Shown here piece by piece: positions 43,201-55,400 of a stretch of DNA of 64,000 bases. A program made the position numbers and the translations under genes. The DNA is from Eledone cirrhosa (Eukaryota). The stretch covers positions 100,378,001 to 100,442,000 of the forward strand of contig OZ024741.1 in NCBI GenBank assembly GCA_964016885.1, in the 5' to 3' direction. Under the pieces are notes generated by a model. It was given only the letters and a program-made list of their open reading frames with translations. It was not told where the DNA came from and searched no databases. How positions within the stretch are numbered: the first letter of the stretch is position 1; every line of letters starts with the position of its first letter.

Positions 43201-45069
43201 TCCTAGTGTGTTATGTTGTAGTGTTTTACATAGGTAGTGCTTTATGTCCTAGTGTGTTATGTTGTAGTGTTTTACATAGGTAGTGTAATATGTCCTACTG
43301 CGTTATGTTGTAGTATTTTACATAGGTGGTGCTTTATGTCGTAGTGTGTTATGTTGTAGTGTTTTACATGGGTGGTGCTTTATGTCCTAGTGTGTTATAT
43401 TGTGGTGTTTGACATAGGTGGTGCTTTATGTCCTAGTGTGTTATGTTGTAGTGTTTTACATAGGTGGTGCTTTATGTCCTAGTGTGTTATGTTGTAGTGT
43501 TTTACATAGGTGGTGCTTTATGTCCTAGTGTTTTATGTTGTAGTGTTTTACATAGGTGGTTCTTTATGTCCTAGTGTGTTATGTTGTAGTATTTTACATA
43601 GGTGGTGCTTTATGTCCTAGTGTGTTATGTTGTAGTGTTTTACATAGGTGGTGCTTTATGTCCTAGTGTGTTATGTTGTAGTGTTTTACATAGGTAGTGT
43701 AATATGTCCTACTGCGTTATGTTGTAGTATTTTACATAGGTGGTGCTTTATGTCCTAGTGTGTTATGTTGTAGTGTTTTACATGGGTGGTGCTTTATGTC
43801 CTAGTGTGTTATATTGTGGTGTTTGACATAGGTGGTGCTTTATGTCCTAGTGTGTTATGTTGTAGTGTTTTACATAGGTGGTGCTTTATGTCCTAGTGTG
43901 TTATGTTGTAGTGTTTTACATAGGTGGTGCTTTATGTCCTAGTGTTTTATGTTGTAGTGTTTTACATAGGTGGTTCTTTATGTCCTAGTGTGTTATGTTG
44001 TAGTATTTTACATAGGTGGTGCTTTATGTCCTAGTGTGTTATGTTGTAGTGTTTTACATAGGTGGTGCTTTATGTCCTAGTGTGTTATGTTGTAGTGTTT
44101 TACATAGGTAGTGCTTTATGTCCTAGTGTGTTATGTTGTAGTATCTTACATAGGTGGTGCTTAATGTCCTAGTGTGTTATGTTGTAGTGTTTTACATAGG
44201 TGGTGCTTTATGTCCTAGTGTGTTATGTTGTAGTGTTTTACATAGGTGGTGCTTTATGTCCTAGTGTGTTATGTTGTAGTGTTTTACATAGGTGGTGCTT
44301 TATGACCTAGTGTGTTATGTTGTAGTATTTTACATAGGTGGTGTTTTATGTCCTAGTGTGTTATGTTGTAGTGTTTTACATAGGTGGTGCTTTATGTCCT
44401 AGTGTGTTATGTTGTAGTGTTTTACATAGGTGGTTCTTTATGTCCTAGTGTGTTATGTTGTAGTATTTTACATAGGTGGTGCATTATGTCCTAGTGTGTT
44501 ATGTTGTAGTGTTTTACATAGGTGGTGCTTTATGTCCTAGTGTGTTATGTTGTAGTGTTTTACATAGGTGGTGCTTTATGTCCTAGTGTGTTATGTTGTA
44601 GTGTTTTACATAGGTGGTGCTTTATGTCCTAATGTTTTATGTTGTAGTGTTTTACATAGGTGGTGATTTATGTCCTAGTGTATTATGTTGTAGTATTTTA
44701 CATAGGTTGTGCTTTATGTCCTAGTGTGTTATGTTGTAGTATTTTACATAGGGGGTGCTTTATGTCCTAGTGTGTTATTTTGTAGTGTTTTACATAGGTA
44801 GTGCTTTATGTCCTAGTGTGTTATGTTGTAGTGTTTTACATAGGTGGTGCTTTATGTCCTAGTGTGTTATGTTGTAGTGTTTTACATAGGTGGTGCTTTA
44901 TGTCCTAGTGTGTTATGTTGTAGTGTTTTACATAGGTGGTTCTTTATGTCCTAGTGTGTTATGTTGTAGTATTTTACATAGGTGGTGCTTTATGTCTTAG
45001 TGTGTTATGTTGTAGTGTTTTACATAGGTGGTGCTTTATGTCCTAGTGTGTTATGTTGTAGTGTTTTAC

Positions 45070-48000
45070 ATAGGTAGTGTAATATGTCCTACTGCGTTAT
45101 GTTGTAGTATTTTTTATAGGTGGTGCTTTATGTCCTAGTGTGTTATGTTGTAGTGTTTTACATGGGTGGTGCTTTATGTCCTAGTGTGTTATATTGTAGT
45201 GTTTTACATAGGTGATGCTTTATGTCCTAGTGTGTTATGTTGTAGTGTTTTACATAGGTGGTGCTCTATGTCCTAGTGTGTTATGTTGTAGTATTTTACA
45301 TAGGTGGTGCTTTATATCCTAGTGTGTTATGTTGTAGTATTTTACATAGGTGGTGCTTAATGTCCTAGTGTGTTATGTTGTAGTGTTTTACATAGGTGAT
45401 GCTTTATGTCCTAGTGTGTTATGTTGTAGTGTTTTACATAGGTGGTGCTTTATGTCCTAGTGTGTTATGTTCTAGTATTTTACATAGGTGGTGCTGTATG
45501 CCCTAGTGTGTTATGTTCTAGTATTTTACATAGGTGGTGCTTTATGTCCTAGTGTGTTATGTTGTAGTATGTTACATAGGTGGTGCTTTATGTCCTAGTG
45601 TGTTATGTGGTAGTGTTTTACATAGGTGGTGCTTTATGTCCTAGTGTGTTATGTTGTAGTGTTTTACATAGGTGGTGCTTTATGTCCTAGTGTGTTATGT
45701 TGTAGTATTTTACATAGGTGGTGCTTTATGTCCTAGTGTGTTATGTTGTAGTATTTTACATAGGTTGTGCTTTATGTCCTAGTGTGTTATGTTGTAGTAT
45801 TTTACATAGGGGTGCTTTATGTCCTAGTGTGTTATGTTGTAGTGTTTTACATAGGTAGTGCTTTATGTCCTAGTGTGTTATGTTGTAGTGTTTTACATAG
45901 GTGGTGCTTTATGTCCTAGTGTGTTATGTTGTAGTGTTTTACATAGGTGCTGCTTTATGTCCTAGTGTGTTATGTTGTAGTGTTTTACATAGGTGGTGCT
46001 TTATGTCCTAGTGTGTTATGTTGTAGTGTTTTACATAGGTGGTGCTTTATGTCCTAGTGTGTTATGTTGTAGTGTTTTACATAGGTGGTGCTTTATGTCC
46101 TAGTGTGTTATGTTGTAGTGTTTTACATAGGTGGTGCTTTATGTCCTAATGTGTTATGTTGTAGTGTTTTACATAGGTGGTGCTTTATGTCCTAGTGTGT
46201 TATGTTGTAGTAGTTTACATAGGTTGTGCTTTATGTCCTAGTGTGTTATGTTGTAATATTTTACATAGGGGGTGCTTTATGTCCTAGTGTGTTATTTTGT
46301 AGTGTTTTACATAGGTAGTGCTTTATGTCCTAGTGTGTTATGTTGTAGTGTTTTACATAGGTGGTGCTTTATGTCCTAGTGTGTTATGTTGTAGTGTTTT
46401 TCATAGGTGGTGCTTTATGTCCTAATGTGTTATGTTGTAGTGTTTTACATAGGTGGTGCTTTATGACGTAGTGTGTTATGTTGTAGTATTTTACATAGGG
46501 GGTTCTTTATGTCCTAGTGTGTTATGTTGTAGTATTTTACATAGGTGGTGCATTATGTCCTAGTGTGTTATGTTGTAGTGTTTTACATAGGTGGTGCTTT
46601 ATGTCCTAGTGTGTTATGTTGTAGTGTTTTACATAGGTGGTGCTTTATGTCCTAGTGTGTTATGTTGTAGTGTTTTACATAGGTGGTGCTTTATGTCCTA
46701 ATGTTTTATGTTGTAGTGTTTTACATAGGTGGTGATTTATGTCCTAGTGTATTATGTTGTAGTATTTTACATAGGTTGTGCTTTATGTCCTAGTGTGTTA
46801 TGTTGTAGTATTTTACATAGGGGGTGCTTTATGTCCTAGTGTGTTATTTTGTAGTGTTTTACATAGGTAGTGCTTTATGTCCTAGTGTGTTATGTTGTAG
46901 TGTTTTACATAGGTGGTGCTTTATGTCCTAGTGTGTTATGTTGTAGTGTTTTACATAGGTGGTGCTTTATGTCCTAGTGTGTTATGTTGTAGTGTTTTAC
47001 ATAGGTGGTTCTTTATGTCCTAGTGTGTTATGTTGTAGTATTTTACATAGGTAGTGCTTTATGTCTTAGTGTGTTATGTTGTAGTGTTTTACATAGGTGG
47101 TGCTTTATGTCCTAGTGTGTTATGTTGTAGTGTTTTACATAGGTAGTGTAATATGTCCTACTGCGTTATGTTGTAGTATTTTACATAGGTGGTGCTTTAT
47201 GTCCTAGTGTGTTATGTTGTAGTGTTTTACATGGGTGGTGCTTTATGTCCTAGTGTGTTATATTGTAGTGTTTTACATAGGTGATGCTTTATGTCCTAGT
47301 GTGTTATGTTGTAGTGTTTTACATAGGTGGTGCTCTATGTCCTAGTGTGTTATGTTGTAGTATTTTACATAGGTGGTGCTTTATATCCTAGTGTGTTATG
47401 TTGTAGTATTTTACATAGGTGGTGCTTAATGTCCTAGTGTGTTATGTTGTAGTGTTTTACATAGGTGATGCTTTATGTCCTAGTGTGTTATGTTGTAGTG
47501 TTTTACATAGGTGGTGCTTTATGTCCTAGTGTGTTATGTTCTAGTATTTTACATAGGTGGTGCTGTATGCCCTAGTGTGTTATGTTCTAGTATTTTACAT
47601 AGGTGGTGCTTTATGTCCTAGTGTGTTATGTTGTAGTATGTTACATAGGTGGTGCTTTATGTCCTAGTGTGTTATGTGGTAGTGTTTTACATAGGTGGTG
47701 CTTTATGTCCTAGTGTGTTATGTTGTAGTGTTTTACATAGGTGGTGCTTTATGTCCTAGTGTGTTATGTTGTAGTATTTTACATAGGTGGTGCTTTATGT
47801 CCTAGTGTGTTATGTTGTAGTATTTTACATAGGTTGTGCTTTATGTCCTAGTGTGTTATGTTGTAGTATTTTACATAGGGGTGCTTTATGTCCTAGTGTG
47901 TTATGTTGTAGTGTTTTACATAGGTAGTGCTTTATGTCCTAGTGTGTTATGTTGTAGTGTTTTACATAGGTGGTGCTTTATGTCCTAGTGTGTTATGTTG

Positions 48001-51000
48001 TAGTGTTTTACATAGGTGCTGCTTTATGTCCTAGTGTGTTATGTTGTAGTGTTTTACATAGGTGGTGCTTTATGTCCTAGTGTGTTATGTTGTAGTGTTT
48101 TACATAGGTGGTGCTTTATGTCCTAGTGTGTTATGTTGTAGTGTTTTACATAGGTGGTGCTTTATGTCCTAGTGTGTTATGTTGTAGTGTTTTACATAGG
48201 TGGTGCTTTATGTCCTAATGTGTTATGTTGTAGTGTTTTACATAGGTGGTGCTTTATGTCCTAGTGTGTTATGTTGTAGTAGTTTACATAGGTTGTGCTT
48301 TATGTCCTAGTGTGTTATGTTGTAATATTTTACATAGGGGGTGCTTTATGTCCTAGTGTGTTATTTTGTAGTGTTTTACATAGGTAGTGCTTTATGTCCT
48401 AGTGTGTTATGTTGTAGTGTTTTACATAGGTGGTGCTTTATGTCCTAGTGTGTTATGTTGTAGTGTTTTTCATAGGTGGTGCTTTATGTCCTAATGTGTT
48501 ATGTTGTAGTGTTTTACATAGGTGGTGCTTTATGACGTAGTGTGTTATGTTGTAGTATTTTACATAGGGGGTGCTTTATGTCCTAGTGTGTTATTTTGTA
48601 GTGTTTTACATAGGTAGTGTAATATGTCCTACTGCGTTATGTTGTAGTATTTTTTATAGGTGGTGCTTTATGTCCTAGTGTGTTATGTTGTAGTGTTTTA
48701 CATGGGTGGTGCTTTATGTCCTAGTGTGTTATATTGTAGTGTTTTACATAGGTGATGCTTTATGTCCTAGTGTGTTATGTTGTAGTGTTTTACATAGGTG
48801 GTGCTCTATGTCCTAGTGTGTTATGTTGTAGTATTTTACATAGGTGGTGCTTTATATCCTAGTGTGTTATGTTGTAGTATTTTACATAGGTGGTGCTTAA
48901 TGTCCTAGTGTGTTATGTTGTAGTGTTTTACATAGGTGATGCTTTATGTCCTAGTGTGTTATGTTGTAGTGTTTTACATAGGTGGTGCTTTATGTCCTAG
49001 TGTGTTATGTTCTAGTATTTTACATAGGTGGTGCTGTATGCCCTAGTGTGTTATGTTCTAGTATTTTACATAGGTGGTGCTTTATGTCCTAGTGTGTTAT
49101 GTTGTAGTATGTTACATAGGTGGTGCTTTATGTCCTAGTGTGTTATGTGGTAGTGTTTTACATAGGTGGTGCTTTATGTCCTAGTGTGTTATGTTGTAGT
49201 GTTTTACATAGGTGGTGCTTTATGTCCTAGTGTGTTATGTTGTAGTATTTTACATAGGTGGTGCTTTATGTCCTAGTGTGTTATGTTGTAGTATTTTACA
49301 TAGGTTGTGCTTTATGTCCTAGTGTGTTATGTTGTAGTATTTTACATAGGGGTGCTTTATGTCCTAGTGTGTTATGTTGTAGTGTTTTACATAGGTAGTG
49401 CTTTATGTCCTAGTGTGTTATGTTGTAGTGTTTTACATAGGTGGTGCTTTATGTCCTAGTGTGTTATGTTGTAGTGTTTTACATAGGTGCTGCTTTATGT
49501 CCTAGTGTGTTATGTTGTAATGGTTTACGTAGGTGGTGCTTTATGTCCTAGTGTGTTATGTTGTAGTGTTTTACATAGGTGGTGCTTTATGTCCTAGTGT
49601 GTTATGTTGTAGTGTTTTACATAGGTGGTGCTTTATGTCCTAGTGTGTTATGTTGTAGTGTTTTACATAGGTGGTGCTTTATGTCCTAATGTGTTATGTT
49701 GTAGTGTTTTACATAGGTGGTGCTTTATGTCCTAGTGTGTTATGTTGTAGTAGTTTACATAGGTTGTGCTTTATGTCCTAGTGTGTTATGTTGTAATATT
49801 TTACATAGGGGGTGCTTTATGTCCTAGTGTGTTATTTTGTAGTGTTTTACATAGGTAGTGATTTATGTCCTAGTGTGTTATGTTGTAGTGTTTTACATAG
49901 GTGGTGCTTTATGTCCTAGTGTGTTATGTTGTAGTGTTTTTCATAGGTGGTGCTTTATGTCCTAATGTGTTATGTTGTAGTGTTTTACATAGGTGGTGCT
50001 TTATGACGTAGTGTGTTATGTTGTAGTATTTTACATAGGGGGTTCTTTATGTCCTAGTGTGTTATGTTGTAGTATTTTACATAGGTGGTGCATTATGTCC
50101 TAGTGTGTTATGTTGTAGTGTTTTACATAGGTGGTGCTTTATGTCCTAGTGTGTTATGTTGTAGTGTTTTACATAGGTGGTGCTTTATGTCCTAGTGTGT
50201 TATGTTGTAGTGTTTTACATAGGTGGTGCTTTATGTCCTAATGTTTTATGTTGTAGTGTTTTACATAGGTGGTGATTTATGTCCTAGTGTATTATGTTGT
50301 AGTATTTTACATAGGTTGTGCTTTATGTCCTAGTGTGTTATGTTGTAGTATTTTACATAGGGGGTGCTTTATGTCCTAGTGTGTTATTTTGTAGTGTTTT
50401 ACATAGGTAGTGCTTTATGTCCTAGTGTGTTATGTTGTAGTGTTTTACATAGGTGGTGCTTTATGTCCTAGTGTGTTATGTTGTAGTGTTTTACATAGGT
50501 GGTGCTTTATGTCCTAGTGTGTTATGTTGTAGTGTTTTACATAGGTGGTTCTTTATGTCATAGTGTGTTATGTTGTAGTATTTTACATAGGTGGTGCTTT
50601 ATGTCTTAGTGTGTTATGTTGTAGTGTTTTACATAGGTGGTGCTTTATGTCCTAGTGTGTTATGTTGTAGTGTTTTACATAGGTAGTGTAATATGTCCTA
50701 CTGCGTTATGTTGTAGTATTTTACATAGGTGGTGCTTTATGTCCTAGTGTGTTATGTTGTAGTGTTTTACATGGGTGGTGCTTTATGTCCTAGTGTGTTA
50801 TATTGTAGTGTTTTACATAGGTGATGCTTTATGTCCTAGTGTGTTATGTTGTAGTGTTTTACATAGGTGGTGCTCTATGTCCTAGTGTGTTATGTTGTAG
50901 TATTTTACATAGGTGGTGCTTTATATCCTAGTGTGTTATGTTGTAGTATTTTACATAGGTGGTGCTTAATGTCCTAGTGTGTTATGTTGTAGTGTTTTAC

Positions 51001-51060
51001 ATAGGTGATGCTTTATGTCCTAGTGTGTTATGTTGTAGTGTTTTACATAGGTGGTGCTTT
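45070..51060. repeat. Block duplication with a 3,540-bp offset (2,069 + 1,471 bp), built from a recurring 45-monomer unit and a truncated 32-monomer unit
   Basis: The GTAGTGTAAT marker lies at 45074, 47143, 48614 and 50683 (spacings 2,069, 1,471, 2,069). The TATTTTTTATAGG variant follows the 45074 and 48614 copies but not the other two. Confidence 0.8.
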
Positions 51061-52439
51061 ATGACGTAGTGTGTTATGTTGTAGTATTTTACATAGGGGG
51101 TTCTTTATGTCCTAGTGTGTTATGTTGTAGTATTTTACATAGGTGGTGCATTATGTCCTAGTGTGTTATGTTGTAGTGTTTTACATAGGTGGTGCTTTAT
51201 GTCCTAGTGTGTTATGTTGTAGTGTTTTACATAGGTGGTGCTTTATGTCCTAGTGTGTTATGTTGTAGTGTTTTACATAGGTGGTGCTTTATGTCCTAAT
51301 GTTTTATGTTGTAGTGTTTTACATAGGTGGTGATTTATGTCCTAGTGTATTATGTTGTAGTATTTTACATAGGTTGTGCTTTATGTCCTAGTGTGTTATG
51401 TTGTAGTATTTTACATAGGGGGTGCTTTATGTCCTAGTGTGTTATTTTGTAGTGTTTTACATAGGTAGTGCTTTATGTCCTAGTGTGTTATGTTGTAGTG
51501 TTTTACATAGGTGGTGCTTTATGTCCTAGTGTGTTATGTTGTAGTGTTTTACATAGGTGGTGCTTTATGTCCTAGTGTGTTATGTTGTAGTGTTTAACAT
51601 AGGTGGTTCTTTATGTCCTAGTGTGTTATGTTGTAGTATTTTACATAGGTGGTGCTTTATGTCTTAGTGTGTTATGTTGTAGTGTTTTACATAGGTGGTG
51701 CTTTATGTCCTAGTGTGTTATGTTGTAGTGTTTTACATAGGTAGTGTAATATGTCCTACTGCGTTATGTTGTAGTATTTTACATAGGTGGTGCTTTATGT
51801 CCTAGTGTGTTATGTTGTAGTGTTTTACATGGGTGGTGCTTTATGTCCTAGTGTGTTATATTGTAGTGTTTTACATAGGTGATGCTTTATGTCCTAGTGT
51901 GTTATGTTGTAGTGTTTTACATAGGTGGTGCTCTATGTCCTAGTGTGTTATGTTGTAGTATTTTACATAGGTGGTGCTTTATATCCTAGTGTGTTATGTT
52001 GTAGTATTTTACATAGGTGGTGCTTAATGTCCTAGTGTGTTATGTTGTAGTGTTTTACATAGGTGATGCTTTATGTCCTAGTGTGTTATGTTGTAGTGTT
52101 TTACATAGGTGGTGCTTTATGTCCTAGTGTGTTATGTTCTAGTATTTTACATAGGTGGTGCTGTATGCCCTAGTGTGTTATGTTCTAGTATTTTACATAG
52201 GTGGTGCTTTATGTCCTAGTGTGTTATGTTGTAGTATGTTACATAGGTGGTGCTTTATGTCCTAGTGTGTTATGTGGTAGTGTTTTACATAGGTGGTGCT
52301 TTATGTCCTAGTGTGTTATGTTGTAGTGTTTTACATAGGTGGTGCTTTATGTCCTAGTGTGTTATGTTGTAGTATTTTACATAGGTGGTGCTTTATGTCC
52401 TAGTGTGTTATGTTGTAGTATTTTACATAGGTTGTGCTT

Positions 52440-55400
52440 TATGTCCTAGTGTGTTATGTTGTAGTATTTTACATAGGGGTGCTTTATGTCCTAGTGTGTT
52501 ATGTTGTAGTGTTTTACATAGGTAGTGCTTTATGTCCTAGTGTGTTATGTTGTAGTGTTTTACATAGGTGGTGCTTTATGTCCTAGTGTGTTATGTTGTA
52601 GTGTTTTACATAGGTGCTGCTTTATGTCCTAGTGTGTTATGTTGTAGTGTTTTACATAGGTGGTGCTTTATGTCCTAGTGTGTTATGTTGTAGTGTTTTA
52701 CATAGGTGGTGCTTTATGTCCTAGTGTGTTATGTTGTAGTGTTTTACATAGGTGGTGCTTTATGTCCTAGTGTGTTATGTTGTAGTGTTTTACATAGGTG
52801 GTGCTTTATGTCCTAATGTGTTATGTTGTAGTGTTTTACATAGGTGGTGCTTTATGTCCTAGTGTGTTATGTTGTAGTAGTTTACATAGGTTGTGCTTTA
52901 TGTCCTAGTGTGTTATGTTGTAATATTTTACATAGGGGGTGCTTTATGTCCTAGTGTGTTATTTTGTAGTGTTTTACATAGGTAGTGCTTTATGTCCTAG
53001 TGTGTTATGTTGTAGTGTTTTACATAGGTGGTGCTTTATGTCCTAGTGTGTTATGTTGTAGTGTTTTTCATAGGTGGTGCTTTATGTCCTAATGTGTTAT
53101 GTTGTAGTGTTTTACATAGGTGGTGCTTTATGACGTAGTGTGTTATGTTGTAGTATTTTACATAGGGGGTGCTTTATGTCCTAGTGTGTTATTTTGTAGT
53201 GTTTTACATAGGTAGTGCTTTATGTCCTAGTGTGTTATGTTGTAGTGTTTTACATAGGTGGTGCTTTATGTCCTAGTGTGTTATGTTGTAGTGTTTTACA
53301 TAGGTGGTGCTTTATGTCCTAGTGTGTTATGTTCTAGTATTTTACATAGGTGGTGCTGTATGCCCTAGTGTGTTATGTTCTAGTATTTTACATAGGTGGT
53401 GCTTTATGTCCTAGTGTGTTATGTTGTAGTATGTTACATAGGTGGTGCTTTATGTCCTAGTGTGTTATGTGGTAGTGTTTTACATAGGTGGTGCTTTATG
53501 TCCTAGTGTGTTATGTTGTAGTGTTTTACATAGGTGGTGCTTTATGTCCTAGTGTGTTATGTTGTAGTATTTTACATAGGTGGTGCTTTATGTCCTAGTG
53601 TGTTATGTTGTAGTATTTTACATAGGTTGTGCTTTATGTCCTAGTGTGTTATGTTGTAGTATTTTACATAGGGGTGCTTTATGTCCTAGTGTGTTATGTT
53701 GTAGTGTTTTACATAGGTAGTGCTTTATGTCCTAGTGTGTTATGTTGTAGTGTTTTACATAGGTGGTGCTTTATGTCCTAGTGTGTTATGTTGTAGTGTT
53801 TTACATAGGTGCTGCTTTATGTCCTAGTGTGTTATGTTGTAGTGTTTTACATAGGTGGTGCTTTATGTCCTAGTGTGTTATGTTGTAGTGTTTTACATAG
53901 GTGGTGCTTTATGTCCTAGTGTGTTATGTTGTAGTGTTTTACATAGGTGGTGCTTTATGTCCTAGTGTGTTATGTTGTAGTGTTTTACATAGGTGGTGCT
54001 TTATGTCCTAATGTGTTATGTTGTAGTGTTTTACATAGGTGGTGCTTTATGTCCTAGTGTGTTATGTTGTAGTAGTTTACATAGGTTGTGCTTTATGTCC
54101 TAGTGTGTTATGTTGTAATATTTTACATAGGGGGTGCTTTATGTCCTAGTGTGTTATTTTGTAGTGTTTTACATAGGTAGTGCTTTATGTCCTAGTGTGT
54201 TATGTTGTAGTGTTTTACATAGGTGGTGCTTTATGTCCTAGTGTGTTATGTTGTAGTGTTTTTCATAGGTGGTGCTTTATTTCCTAATGTGTTATGTTGT
54301 AGTGTTTTACATAGGTGGTGCTTTATGACGTAGTGTGTTATGTTGTAGTATTTTACATAGGGGGTGCTTTATGTCCTAGTGTGTTATTTTGTAGTGTTTT
54401 ACATAGGTAGTGTAATATGTCCTACTGCGTTATGTTGTAGTATTTTTTATAGGTGGTGCTTTATGTCCTAGTGTGTTATGTTGTAGTGTTTTACATGGGT
54501 GGTGCTTTATGTCCTAGTGTGTTATATTGTAGTGTTTTACATAGGTGATGCTTTATGTCCTAGTGTGTTATGTTGTAGTGTTTTACATAGGTGGTGCTCT
54601 ATGTCCTAGTGTGTTATGTTGTAGTATTTTACATAGGTGGTGCTTTATATCCTAGTGTGTTATGTTGTAGTATTTTACATAGGTGGTGCTTAATGTCCTA
54701 GTGTGTTATGTTGTAGTGTTTTACATAGGTGATGCTTTATGTCCTAGTGTGTTATGTTGTAGTGTTTTACATAGGTGGTGCTTTATGTCCTAGTGTGTTA
54801 TGTTCTAGTATTTTACATAGGTGGTGCTGTATGCCCTAGTGTGTTATGTTCTAGTATTTTACATAGGTGGTGCTTTATGTCCTAGTGTGTTATGTTGTAG
54901 TATGTTACATAGGTGGTGCTTTATGTCCTAGTGTGTTATGTGGTAGTGTTTTACATAGGTGGTGCTTTATGTCCTAGTGTGTTATGTTGTAGTGTTTTAC
55001 ATAGGTGGTGCTTTATGTCCTAGTGTGTTATGTTGTAGTATTTTACATAGGTGGTGCTTTATGTCCTAGTGTGTTATGTTGTAGTATTTTACATAGGTTG
55101 TGCTTTATGTCCTAGTGTGTTATGTTGTAGTATTTTACATAGGGGTGCTTTATGTCCTAGTGTGTTATGTTGTAGTGTTTTACATAGGTAGTGCTTTATG
55201 TCCTAGTGTGTTATGTTGTAGTGTTTTACATAGGTGGTGCTTTATGTCCTAGTGTGTTATGTTGTAGTGTTTTACATAGGTGCTGCTTTATGTCCTAGTG
55301 TGTTATGTTGTAGTGTTTTACATAGGTGGTGCTTTATGTCCTAGTGTGTTATGTTGTAGTGTTTTACATAGGTGGTGCTTTATGTCCTAGTGTGTTATGT

